The notes under the pieces are model-generated. The model searched no databases. It had not been told where the DNA came from and was given only the letters and a program-made list of their open reading frames with translations. This document shows, piece by piece, positions 1 to 10,603 of a stretch of 20,000 bases of DNA (position 1 is its first letter; each line of letters begins with the position of its first letter). The translations under genes and the position numbers were made by a program. Source of the DNA: Toensbergia leucococca. Its lineage: Eukaryota. Location: assembly GCA_022813965.1 (NCBI GenBank), contig JALDZS010000103.1, positions 60,614 to 80,613 of the forward strand, read 5' to 3'.

Positions 1-55
1 CCTCATGTTTTTCGAGGACGAGACCTTTAGTTGGTAGATAGAAAGATACCATAAC

Positions 56-111
56 TTGACTACGATTCTCGATTATATTATCGTTGTCTACGATTCCTGA
101 TTACATTATCG
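56..111. repeat. Two-copy 28-bp imperfect tandem repeat
   Basis: ttgactacgattctcgattatattatcg (56-83) is followed directly by ttgtctacgattcctgattacattatcg (84-111); 24/28 identical. Confidence 0.75.
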
Positions 112-769
112 AACTTACGGACCCATAGCGTCTTTCTGAAATGTTACATTTGTTCTTTCGCTTATCTAGTACTTTTAGGGCATCTGCTGCGATCCATTAG
201 ACTGGGATCCCTGGACTTGAGGCTCACGACAAGCATTGTCTCATCTTAAGAGGAGCCACAGCTCACAGTTTTACCGTCAGTCCTATTACACAGCATGATA
301 TTAACATATTTGATATCAATTCACTGTCCTTCCAACGTATTATTTGGATTTAAATCAGAAGTAACAGATTCTGCAGCAACCCTGCGTCCACGTGGTAAGT
401 TAAGAATCTTCTAGCGTATGCATCTACTGTGGTAGTACGCTCGAGAAGTCCTCCGCTGCGCGCTCATTAGGTAGTTGACTAAGTGGCCGCTGCTCTGCTT
501 CCGCCCTACTCTCCTTGAGCTCCCTCTATCCTTCATCCTGCTCCTTCATGCTCCAGACCTGCTCCCTGAGCTTACCCTCTCGACCTCCCGGTGTGTGAGT
601 CTCGCATTCTATTCTGCCTCTTTGAGTTAAAATAGTTCCCGAAGTATTGAAACCGACATCCTTTAATGATCATGTCTTGACTTCGAACCTCACTCGTCAT
701 CACACCATTTCGCATCCATTTACTTCCATCACTGGATCATCGCTATCGTAGAAGCAGACGAGCTATTAG

Positions 770-1269
770 ACAGCATCGTTTTCCAAAATCCACCACAACG
801 GAATTTCGAGATGCGGGATCGCCTTGCCAAGCTAGACGCATATATGAGGTCGCGAACTGTCAATGAAGATAAACATCTAGCTCGTGGCCGGTGGCGCGTC
901 GTCTGCTACATCTAGCACCAAGGCCATCTATTCAAAGGACATTCTTTCTTCCGCGTCCACGCTCATCATCAGACCATTTTCAGGCTCGAACATTTCCGCT
1001 CTTTGCTGACAGTCACGGCCAAAAAGCTCGTCCATGATATTTTATCCAGCAGCGTACGAAAATATGTAGGTCGCTCTGATCAGATCTGTTAGAACCCAGA
1101 GTCCAACTATCGGACACCGTTTTAACTCATACACGGTGTTGGGATGTCCGCTGTCACAAGCATTCTCCTGCTTGGCTCTGAAGGCGCTATGGTCTGACGT
1201 TTCTCTCCTACCTGGTCCTATTACATCGCTCACTCCCATCCCGCCTTTCGTAGTCGGCGTAGATGTCAA
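770..1269 (-). pseudogene. Fungal HNH-nuclease-family (HNH_2-like) pseudogene, N-terminal/core fragment; decayed upstream part may extend to ~1850
   Basis: Reading through stops on the minus strand gives GRRETSDHSAFRAK...RCPIVGLW...IRATYIFSYAAG*NIMDELFG...EMFEPENGLMMSVDAEERMSFE*MALVLDVADDA, then in shifted frames RPRAR (890-876) and YLH*QFATSYMRLAWQ...DFGKRCC (871-770). This matches, in order, my recollection of the fungal family motifs WCPI / AAHIFPY / GQ..MD..FG / NGLLM / RPRARYLY / LR.AW / GK.FWGT. Stops lie at 1044-1042, 930-928 and 862-860, with frameshifts and an apparent internal deletion between DDA and RPRAR. Confidence 0.75.
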
Positions 1270-2630
1270 AATCTCCTTAATCCAATTTTAATGAACTCTC
1301 GCACTATTGCCGTGAGAGAAGGTCATTCACATGCTCCTTCAGAAGTCTATTATTGAGCTCAAGAGCACTCTTCTCCTTACAAAGTGTCTCTTCTCCACCT
1401 AGCACCACGGATTGATTCATCAATATTCTTCGAAGCAGTTCCATGCCTCTCTAGCTCAAGCTCCGCAATTTTTTTCTACGCAGCTCAGTAGTCTGTGTCA
1501 ACAGATTCTTGCTTTAATTGAGTCGTCAAGGCCATCGAGATTTGCAAGAGTCCCGGGACCATTTCGCACCCCACGAGTTGCAGTGGATGCAAGCGTTGTA
1601 CTTTCCATAAGGTTCCATTAACAGTTTCGTCAACGGGTACGTTCTTCTACTTTTCGTTCCTTCCAACGACCTCGTATATCCATCTCAAAGCTCTTCATTC
1701 CACCAATATCATTCTCAACAACCTGCTCAAGTGCATACTCACTTGCTTCACAACCAGAAATTTGAAGTCGATTTAGATAGAGACATGCTGAATGAATGAG
1801 GGGGGGGGGCAGCAACAGAAATGAGCAAGCGATTTTAATTCGATCCAAAGCAAAGGGGAAGATGATGGAATAAGAACCTTATACATGATAAAAGTCGAAC
1901 GTAAAAAAGCTTTTTAGAAGTAAAAAAAAAAAGAGCGAGATTGACTTCATGAATTTTGAAACAAGAGTCTAAACCGCACATGAGATTCAGTCCAATATTG
2001 AATGGAAATGAGAGAACTAGGTCAATTCAAGAGATTTAAGAATAGGATTTGAAGCGAAGGTGGATACATGTCGGTCAGGGTCGTTGAGAGCGAGTCAACA
2101 TATATGAATGTTATCTTTTCGTGGTCAGTAAATAGAGTGTTGAAAAGAGTCATTTGTTATACGAACAGATATATATATAACTCGGTCCTTTCATAGCAGG
2201 GAGTCACATGGAAACTAAACGTTCGATGGATCAAGAGGAATAATATGTTGACTCTATGAATGAGTGATGAATGAAAAGCTCAAACTCATAATCCTGTGTA
2301 TAGAGCAACTTGGAGAAGCCAACCAAAACCTAGTCAGTTGGTAGTGATCGCTGATCAGGCTATCTTATGTACAAGCTTTTAATATGTACATGTTAGCCAT
2401 GAATGAATACTCGATCCACCACCATATCTATACTCCGGTAAGGTCAGAAAGCTGTTCAGATCAAAAAATCTATGGTAAGAGGCTGAAAGACTAAGAATGT
2501 GAGGATAATGCTGTAGGAGTCGCTGAATCAGTTATCATGCTAGTAAATACCATACCGTCTGCCTAACTCTCTATTGCCAAGTCTTGGGTTCTTCAGCAAT
2601 CATGCCAACAAAAGACAAATTACCACTCAT

Positions 2631-5600
2631 TCAAAAGCCAGGTGCGAATCGGACGCCGTTCCCCGAATTCGACTTCTCAAGCTCGCTTTCTGCATTGATG
2701 CCGTTACTGGGAGAAGCGCAGGGTGCTGCTGGTGTGACAGAAGTATCTGTAGACCAGTTGGTCGAAGCTCCGGTGGACTGTATTCCTGATGGGTTAGAAG
2801 AATCACGGTTCTTAACTTTCCAGTGGCCGCGACGACGACGTCGTTGGCCATAAGTGGAAGCCCGCAAGCTGGCAGGAACCGATGACTGCTCATTAGATGC
2901 AGATACCCGGCGAGAGTCATTGCGATTTGACAAGCCTTCTCCAGATCCATCAGGTGTCGATTTGACTTCGCTGGATCCATCTCTTTGGCTTCGATCGAGT
3001 CCTGACCCTGCAGGTTCACTCCTCGATTGTTTTCGGCGATTGAATCGATTCTTCTTAGCCTTCAACTCAGTTCCCTTTAGAGCCTCTTCATTTGTGGACT
3101 TTGGAGCATTTGGCTGATCTCCTGTTTTGACATTGGTGATGATTTCACCTAGAGTTCCCGTGGTGCAAATCGGGGGTTCATCCTCGCCCTTTCTTCTTCG
3201 GCCACGCTTCTTCTTCTCTTGGTCGCCCTTACTATCTGATAAAGCCTCACCACGGGTTTGACCAAATCCCGTTCCATGGTGTTGATGTGGTGGTTGTATC
3301 TCTGTTGGACTTCCCCGAAGGCTCTTTGGAACAAACTCAGGAGCATCAGGCTTCCATATTTTCTTCCCCTTTCCCGAAGACTCAAAAAACCCTTGGTATG
3401 GTTGGTTTGTGTCCAAGTTCAGAGACGAGATTAGCCCTGTCCCGCCTTCTACGGGATAGTCTCCAAGTAAATCTTCTGAACAATGATTCACCGTGCTATT
3501 TGAACGACTACTCTCCGATGCGATGGGTTCTGAGTCCATAATATTCTGCTTTATGCCCATCTGCTTTGACCAAAGTTCAAAATATCTACCCTTGGCTTTT
3601 AGCAGTTGCTTCGGTGATCCTCGCTCTAAGATCGTGCCATTTCCGATGACCATTGTGATATCGGCATCCATGACTGTCGAAAGGTTGTGCGCCACAACAA
3701 AAGTCGTCCGTCCTGCGGTCAAAGTCTTGAATGCCTTCTGGATTTCCATTTCCGTCTCAACATCAACGCTGCTTGTAGCTTCATCTAGTAGGACTATTTT
3801 GGGGTCCATGAGGATGGCCCTAGCAATGGCAATCCGTTGCATTTCACCGCCGGAAAGCTTTATACCACGCTCGCCAACTTTGGACAAGTACCCATTGGTG
3901 AAGGACATGATCTTATTGTGCACAGCGGCCGCCTTGCAAGCTTCCATGACTTCATCATCGGTGGCATCGAATTTCGAATAACGCACATTGCTCATGATGG
4001 TGTCGTTGAATAATACCGGCTGTTGAGGGACAACCCCGACGCACTCACGAAGGCTCTCAAGCGTCACGTCTCGTACGTCCTGCCCGTCAATAATTACAGA
4101 CCCCGTATTCACGTCATAAAACCGAAACAATAGCTTGAGAATTGTCGATTTACCACCTCCCGTCTCACCGACTAGTGCGATTGTTTGGCCAGGCGTAGCA
4201 CAAAAGGTAAGATCTTCCAGGATTTCTTTTTTCCCATCGTAAGAGAAACACACGTTGTTGAATTCGACCCTCCCCGCCTTCAACACGAAGGCTTTGCTGC
4301 CATCGTTGATAGTGGGCTTTCTTTGGAAGAGCCGTAGGAGCTGCTCCGCCTCTATGAGATCACCCAAGATTCGTCGGTGGGTGTTAGCAAAAGATGATAT
4401 GGGGCCTTTATCGCTTTAGTAATTGATCTGTGAATTTGAATAATCCTCGTAGACACGGATACTTACCAGTGACCATTCCCCAGTAAGTCAGCAGTGTGAC
4501 GAAACTTCCAACACTCTTGGTACCATTGGCAACATTGTAAGCTGCAAGAAAGCAAGCACTCCAGAGACCGACATCCAACACCAAGTTCTGGGCACTCCAA
4601 GCAATAATGCCCATGTTGATGGTCTTTTGCTCAGCCTTCAACCGAAGGCTCACAGCAGAAGAATATCGAGCTTCCTCGTATCTACCTCGACTAAAGTACG
4701 ATACTGTCGCCCAGTTACTTATGGTATCGTGCATAACTTGACCTTCCTTTCGACGAAGCCCTGAAGTTCGACGGCGCGTGTCAGATAGCAAACTAGTGAC
4801 ATGAACTGAGGCCCACAGGTATATAATTGTTGTTGCACCTACTATCAGAGCCATATAAGCGTCGAAGAGGTAGTAGAGATAAGTATATGCCACTATGAGG
4901 TCAATGAGAGTAGGCACCGTCTGGAAGAAGACATAATCCAGGAGATTCTTGATTGCTTCTCCTTGATTGATGGATACGATGAGCTCGCCGGAATTCTTGC
5001 TGTCATGAAAATCGCTGGAAAGTCTCATGATATGGTTGTACGCTGCTGTCAAGATTGATCTCTCGGTATATTGCTCCATGGGTAGCCAGATCAAATTTTT
5101 GACATGGTGGATATATTCTCCGCATGTATACAACACGTACAAGCTGATTTCGAGGAGTGGAATCCGACCGCGGGAAGATGTAAGGGCGTTGACGACTTTG
5201 CCAATCTGATACGGAACTAGCACATTCACGGCTCGGATGCATAGCAAACAGATCACAACGCCGATTACATTGAGCTGGAGAGAACGTTGCTTCGAAGGCC
5301 AGACGTATGGGAGGAAGATTAGAAACCCACGAACATATGTCCACCAATTACCGTCTTGTCTTAATCGATCCTCGATCTGCTTCTCATTTTGCTTTCGTTC
5401 TTCGTCATGTTCGTCTTCGGGATCTGAATCTTCATCGGCCAAGGCAGAAGCATCTACAGTCAGTGTAGAAGAATCTGTAGTCCCTTTGCTAGCTATCGAC
5501 CCGTATTTTGAATGCGATTTCGCAGCCTCGGTGTCGTCGGAAGCTTCCTGCATATGACCTAGAAGAGACGCAGATTCTTCATCGCCTCTGCCTTTCCTAG

Positions 5601-6222
5601 CCTTGGTGTTTCTCTGGCTATATAGGAGAGCGGGGAGGACGACCAGAATAATTAAACGACAGACTGCAAAGGCTAGTTGTATAGACTCAAAGAGATTTGA
5701 TGGCCGATGATGGCCGTTGCTCTGAGTTAACAGAATGATCTCGACGAGAAGTGTGAGAAACCAAGAGCCAGTGTAGGGATACCAGACTGGATAAGGATTG
5801 TGCATTAAAGATGCAATCAAGAGCATCCAGACCAGTATTGATGAGAGAGCATAGATCTGTATCAAACGTAAGCTTCAGTAATGTCCTAGTTCGAGGATAC
5901 GTTGATCGAAATGTTTGCGTAGACCAGAAGAGTACGTAAGAGCAGGCTTCAAGAGACTTACGTTGCTATCTGTTGTGAATTCCGCAGCCCGCCGGGAGAA
6001 TGCATGGCTCAGGAACATTGAGGCGTCGGCAACGTAGCTTAGCATTACCAGCGACATGAGGCATAGAATCGACCTGCGTGGAGTCTTCTGTCCATGGCTT
6101 TTCAAATTCTGTAAAGTGCAAACACTCACTGTAGCGGCAGAGAGAAAGTACAGGAGGATGAGGGTAGGTGAGACGTAGTGTAGAATGCGAGATGCATATT
6201 GAAAAGGCTGGAAAGCCATCAT
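2631..6222 (-). CDS. Half-size ABC transporter, ABCB/HMT1 (heavy metal tolerance)-like, with TMD0, TMD, NBD and a long disordered C-terminal tail
   Basis: Exons 6222-5962, 5856-4467 and 4405-2631. Introns 5961-5857 (GTAAGT...CAG, phase 0) and 4466-4406 (GTAAGT...AAG, phase 1) join three ORFs in frame. Walker A GETGGGKST, signature LSGGEMQR, Walker B/D-loop VLLDEATSSVD, H-loop VVAH. The TMD motifs (FLPYVWPS, LSSDFHDSKNSGE, GSFVTLLTYW) are typical of HMT1-like proteins. Orthologue versus paralogue cannot be resolved from the sequence alone. Confidence 0.93.
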
Positions 6223-8405
6223 TGCGGCGATGGTATCAGATTCAAATGCCAGACTTCTCAGCGCTCAATCTTTCATGGAGATTTCTAGAATGAGACCTGG
6301 CAAAACGGTTGAACAGAGGGAATGAAGATGTAGGTAGTTGGAGAGGCGAAAGGCTGCGAATCAGTGGAGATAGAGGTTCTTTGGAATGAGATGTAGATAA
6401 ATAGGCAAGGACGGAGAAGGAGGAAGGAGAGGCCATGTATTGTACCAAACCCCCGGCCGCAAGTGAATTATCTAGAATACAAAAAGGAAAGAATCAAGGT
6501 GGAATTACTTTGTTCCTCGGAACGAATCAAAGGAAACACTGGGGCAGATAACCCTAAATATCTCCAACCCATAAGTGAATGACTACATAGCTGATATCTA
6601 TAGTGTGCAAGTCTTGCTGAGAGGATTTAGTTTGTTCGTGTTGGCGGTAAGAATCAATCCTGCGGCTCAGCTCATGACAGTCAGCCTGTGCCATGATATG
6701 GCTCAGGATGCAGTGCATTCGCGGCAGCCTAAATTGGCGTCACTTATGGAAAATGTCTGATGCTACCTCGAAAAGCAGACTATCAGTAAAACAACCGTTG
6801 AGAAGAAGGTGTGGGGCTCGGTTGATTGCTGGGGTTCTTTGCTATTGGATGACTGTGCTTTAGCGACAAATGCATCGAGGGGTCATCGGTCAGCATCTGG
6901 AAGTCCAGCGTGTGCCCAACATCCCAGTCTTGAGTGGACATGACTTAAGAAAGTACTAGACTGGCTGGGTGCTTTGATACAGAGCAGTTGTAGAGTTCCC
7001 ATAAACCGTGATTAATTGATGATAACACGAGACGGGTGATGCTCTCGTGGGGCGTTTTTTAAGTACCTTGAGTTTATCTTCGAAGGGCGGCGCTATCAGA
7101 CGGTTGAGCCAATCGGATTCTCAATCAAGGTGCCGTAGCCGCCCAATGAGTGTGGGGAACGCGGCTCGCATTTGGCGCAAGCACGCATTACATCTGTACG
7201 CAGGCCGTTATCACGCACCCTGCTTCCCCATAATTCTAAAGTCTTTAGCAATTAAGTCTTATAATCAAAAACATCCGCGGAATCTCTGTTACCGCTGAAA
7301 TAAGATTCAATAAGGCGGAATCATCAGTTCCATGCTGATTTTGAAGCAGCCTCTTTTTCCCCATCTTTCAATTGTGAACTAATATAGGCTTTGACTGGCT
7401 GCTCCGTTCCATGAAGGAGTATTCCGTACTGATATGAGTACTCACGCCAAGGCACGGGCTCCCCGGCGCTACCCATATACTACCTTACCGCAATCAGGTA
7501 GAGTACGTAATTTTGAATAGTCAGATGGTAAGAAGACATTGTTCTCGTGTCAGCAAAATCATACTTTTCTGAGTTTCAATGATGAAGCCTTTCGCCGAAA
7601 TCAAGGCCCCTTTCGCGCATCCAGCTCTGTCGTACTCTGAAGTCTAAAATACCTTAGCCTCGCTTTGATATTGCCCGATCCATACCCCTCTTTAGATTTT
7701 TGATATATTGGTATAATCGCCTCTCTTGCTTTGCGCGTCGCATTGAAATAGAATGCTTTCGCTATCGCTGTAGTTGTGGCGAAGAGATAGACTGCAAATA
7801 CATGGACAGGAAATTTTTTCATGAGAGGCAGTATTGGAGCGCGAAGTATTCAATTCGATTATGAGAATTATGTCAAACTGGAGGTTTGATATCTGACAAG
7901 GATAATGCATAAGCGAGTTATACCGACCGATTCTAATAGCCTACAGGTACCTACGAGAGGAGGATAATAGACTTATTGAATGCAGACTGCTGCTATGGGG
8001 TGGTACAGCATGGCGCTGAGAAATCGACACCTAGAGACTACATTCATAGAAGGCTACGCAGAATTGTGGTCAGAAATGGGTAGCTTGATCAACATAAATG
8101 TGATAGATGGTATTGGAGTTGCGAAGCATGTCTATTTCCAAATTTTCGCCGAGCAATGCTGACAACTCACAATGACTCACATTTTAGAATGGAAGGGTTT
8201 CACTTATTGCAGAGGGTTATAAACTGCTGAGGAGGATTCCTTGGTGGCGGTAAAATGTGAGGATTGACTCTAATTGGAATGAGCAGAGAAAGAGCCATGT
8301 GCCAATGGCGATGAGGCGAATTCACATGCATAGCATCTGAGATTACGAGTATCACATGGTGAATAAATAGTAGTTAGAATCGACTTCCCACAAACTTCAA
8401 ATTCC

Positions 8406-8617
8406 TATTACTTCCATAACTTTCTGAGCTTTAACTCGTGTTACTATCATCGAGTTCCTGATTTAAATCCTTAATCCCCAGACAACAACTTAAATCGTCT
8501 TACTATCATCGAATTCCTGATCCATAATTCCTAGATAACAACTTGAGCACCCAGGAAATTGTTATTACTTCCATAACTGTCTGAGTTGTATCTCGTGTTA
8601 CTGTCATCGGATTCCTG
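8406..8617. repeat. Mosaic of degenerate direct repeats upstream of the protease-like gene
   Basis: A 55-bp unit at 8406-8460 recurs at 8563-8617 (48/55 identical). A partial third copy (ttactatcatcgaattcctga) is at 8500-8520. A second ~20-bp unit occurs at ~8471-8491 and ~8524-8544. Confidence 0.85.
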
Positions 8618-8701
8618 TTTCTCAATTCCCTTTTCCGTAGGTCGACAAAGGACTTGGACTGAAGTGATTCTTCGAAATCTAAAGTCGAGCATTACATTAA
8701 C

Positions 8702-10117
8702 ATGAGTACCACCCTGACTTCTCCAACGCCACAATCAAAGAAGATGGCAGGTTCAGTATCAACTGGACCGCTGCGTAAGAAAGCTGCATCTCCGTTGACG
8801 CCGGCAAAACGTTCCTCGTTCAATCTCCCTGTTCCAACAGATATTGCAGATTCCATAGTAGAGGATGACGGCTTTGACGTACGTCATGTCAAACTCGACT
8901 TTGAGCTCTACCGAGAGGGTAGGCAATGGACGCCATCGGTCAAAGAACAGAACGTAATTCTTAACCTATTTCCAACTTCTTATCGAATGTCAATTCGCCC
9001 CCCATTCTTGATAGTCTTTTGCACAAAGCTGCCTCCGAAGCCATGGCCGATATCAGTGGCCGGTGTCCCATTATTTCTCACAGACAACAATGAGTTGCCG
9101 ATAAATTATGGCCTTTCCAGTCATGGTCCCAAGGCATCCGTGAAGTCTTCCATATCGCTATGGAAGACACCTGATCTAGGAGCATTCCAAGAAGTCTTCA
9201 GCGTGTTAAATGATCTTGGGGCTAACATTCGTCGACTTCAATGGATAGGGACTGGATTTCTGGCGTTAGCAACTAAAGAGCCGTACGGAGACTGGAGGTC
9301 TCGTTTGCCATTCTTAATCAATAACATCTTCATTGGCTATGTCTTCGGCGAAAAGGATCTTGAAGAAAAGGCAGTTCGTCGAATCTTACCTCAGGGAAGA
9401 ACCCGTGACGACACGACCTACAATGACCTGAGGCCAGGAATCATGATTACTTCGAAAGCGTCAAATCCTAGGCCTCCTCTTCCTCCCAGGCCTGACACAA
9501 TGACCACCTCAGGAATATGCCTCAATTCTCCAGAAGGGGAAAAAGTCATCACGGTATCAAGTCATGGCTTTCCAGGCGGTGTTGGCGATATTGTCTTCCA
9601 TCCAGACCGTTCGGGACGCACCATCGCGGTAGTCTCAAAAGTAATCGGCGAGACAGACATTGCACTCGCCACGCTTGAGGATGTCAACTATTCAAGGGAG
9701 ACATTCAGCAACGCTGAAAAGCCCGCTGTCAGCTTCGAGCAGCTACTGCCAGTTGTTGAGACCCAGGTCGGCAGCCTCATTTACATGGATACGCCGGTAA
9801 ATGGATTCTGCGAAGGCATCATAACTGCCGTAGATGTTTTCCAGATCTCAAACTTCCCAGATGAGCACGCACCTAAGTATGCCACGGACTACGTAGTCGG
9901 CACATTCGCCTACTATGGTAACGATGGGAGCAAGATGCTCAATGGCTGCTGTGGAGGACTCGTCTGGGACGACAACAACGACGTGGTTGGGCAATTTCGC
10001 TTCCAGGTCGACGACTCCACGGGTCTCTGCTACAGTCCTAGTCTTGACATTCTGGTGAAACTTGGATATACGATCTCCGAAAGCGTAGCTCACAATCCTA
10101 GCCAGGGTTCTCAATAG
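8702..10117 (+). CDS. Uncharacterised 471-aa protein with a C-terminal trypsin/chymotrypsin-like (PA clan) peptidase-like domain; putative Cys nucleophile
   Basis: Uninterrupted 1.4-kb ORF. PA-clan-like motif order: TTSGICL...VITVSSHGF (H288), ETDIALATL (D319), NGCCGGLVWD (C417 at the GDSG Ser position), then VVGQF. The start could instead be the Met at 8744. Confidence 0.75.
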   Translation: MSTTLTSPTPQSKKMAGSVSTGPLRKKAASPLTPAKRSSFNLPVPTDIADSIVEDDGFDVRHVKLDFELYREGRQWTPSVKEQNVILNLFPTSYRMSIRPPFLIVFCTKLPPKPWPISVAGVPLFLTDNNELPINYGLSSHGPKASVKSSISLWKTPDLGAFQEVFSVLNDLGANIRRLQWIGTGFLALATKEPYGDWRSRLPFLINNIFIGYVFGEKDLEEKAVRRILPQGRTRDDTTYNDLRPGIMITSKASNPRPPLPPRPDTMTTSGICLNSPEGEKVITVSSHGFPGGVGDIVFHPDRSGRTIAVVSKVIGETDIALATLEDVNYSRETFSNAEKPAVSFEQLLPVVETQVGSLIYMDTPVNGFCEGIITAVDVFQISNFPDEHAPKYATDYVVGTFAYYGNDGSKMLNGCCGGLVWDDNNDVVGQFRFQVDDSTGLCYSPSLDILVKLGYTISESVAHNPSQGSQ

Positions 10118-10600
10118 TTGAAATAGTTAGTTTCCGACCTCAAACTGCACCAACTACCAGGATTTTGGTAGTTAGTAGTGTAGTTTGAATCCTTAACTAG
10201 TTAACTAATAGCAACTAATAGTTGGAACTATTAATTTATCCTCATTGTCGCTTTCAGCCATAGTTGATAAATTGATGGTTGGTTGACGATGATGAGACTG
10301 TTCAGGCGCGAAAATTTAAGATTTGATTGTTTCACTAAGCCTATTCAGGCTACGGCTAAACCTCTTTGGGTAGTGATTAGGCCATTTTGAGTTGTTTTGA
10401 TTCCGAAAACTCCTCAAAAAACTCAACACCAAGGAAAAGTCTGAACTATTAGTGAAACTATTAGTAAAGTATTTAGTATGAATCCTTAACTAGTTAACCA
10501 ACTACCTAACAGAACCTCAAACTACACCAACCAGGTAACTATCTAAATATTCGTTTTCACTAATAGTTGGTAGTTAATTGGTAAAGTATTGAGAACACTG
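10103..10600. mobile_element. Non-autonomous TIR DNA transposon (MITE-like; ends resemble hAT-type CAG-GTT termini)
   Basis: Left end CAGGGTTCTCAATA (10103-10116) and right end TATTGAGAACACTG (10587-10600) form a 13/14 inverted match. The interior is AT-rich and non-coding, with subterminal repeats: tgaatccttaactagttaac at 10186-10205 and 10479-10498, acctcaaactRcaccaac at ~10137 and ~10514, and many aactaatag/ctattagt motifs. No intact TSD is present in the current arrangement. Confidence 0.7.
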
Positions 10601-10603
10601 AAT

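Noticed and set aside
3675..3700. H-loop variant AHNLST (usually AHRLST) in the ABC NBD as a sign of inactivation
   Set aside because: The catalytic His, Walker A, Walker B Glu and LSGG signature are all intact.
2574..5557. Multiple short ORFs antisense to or overlapping the ABC transporter (e.g. 3493-3981, 2627-3019)
   Set aside because: These are shadow ORFs of a well-supported gene and carry no recognisable motifs.
8406..8617. CRISPR-like repeat-spacer interpretation
   Set aside because: The context is eukaryotic, the repeats are degenerate and irregularly spaced, the intervening segments are themselves repeated, and there are no cas genes.
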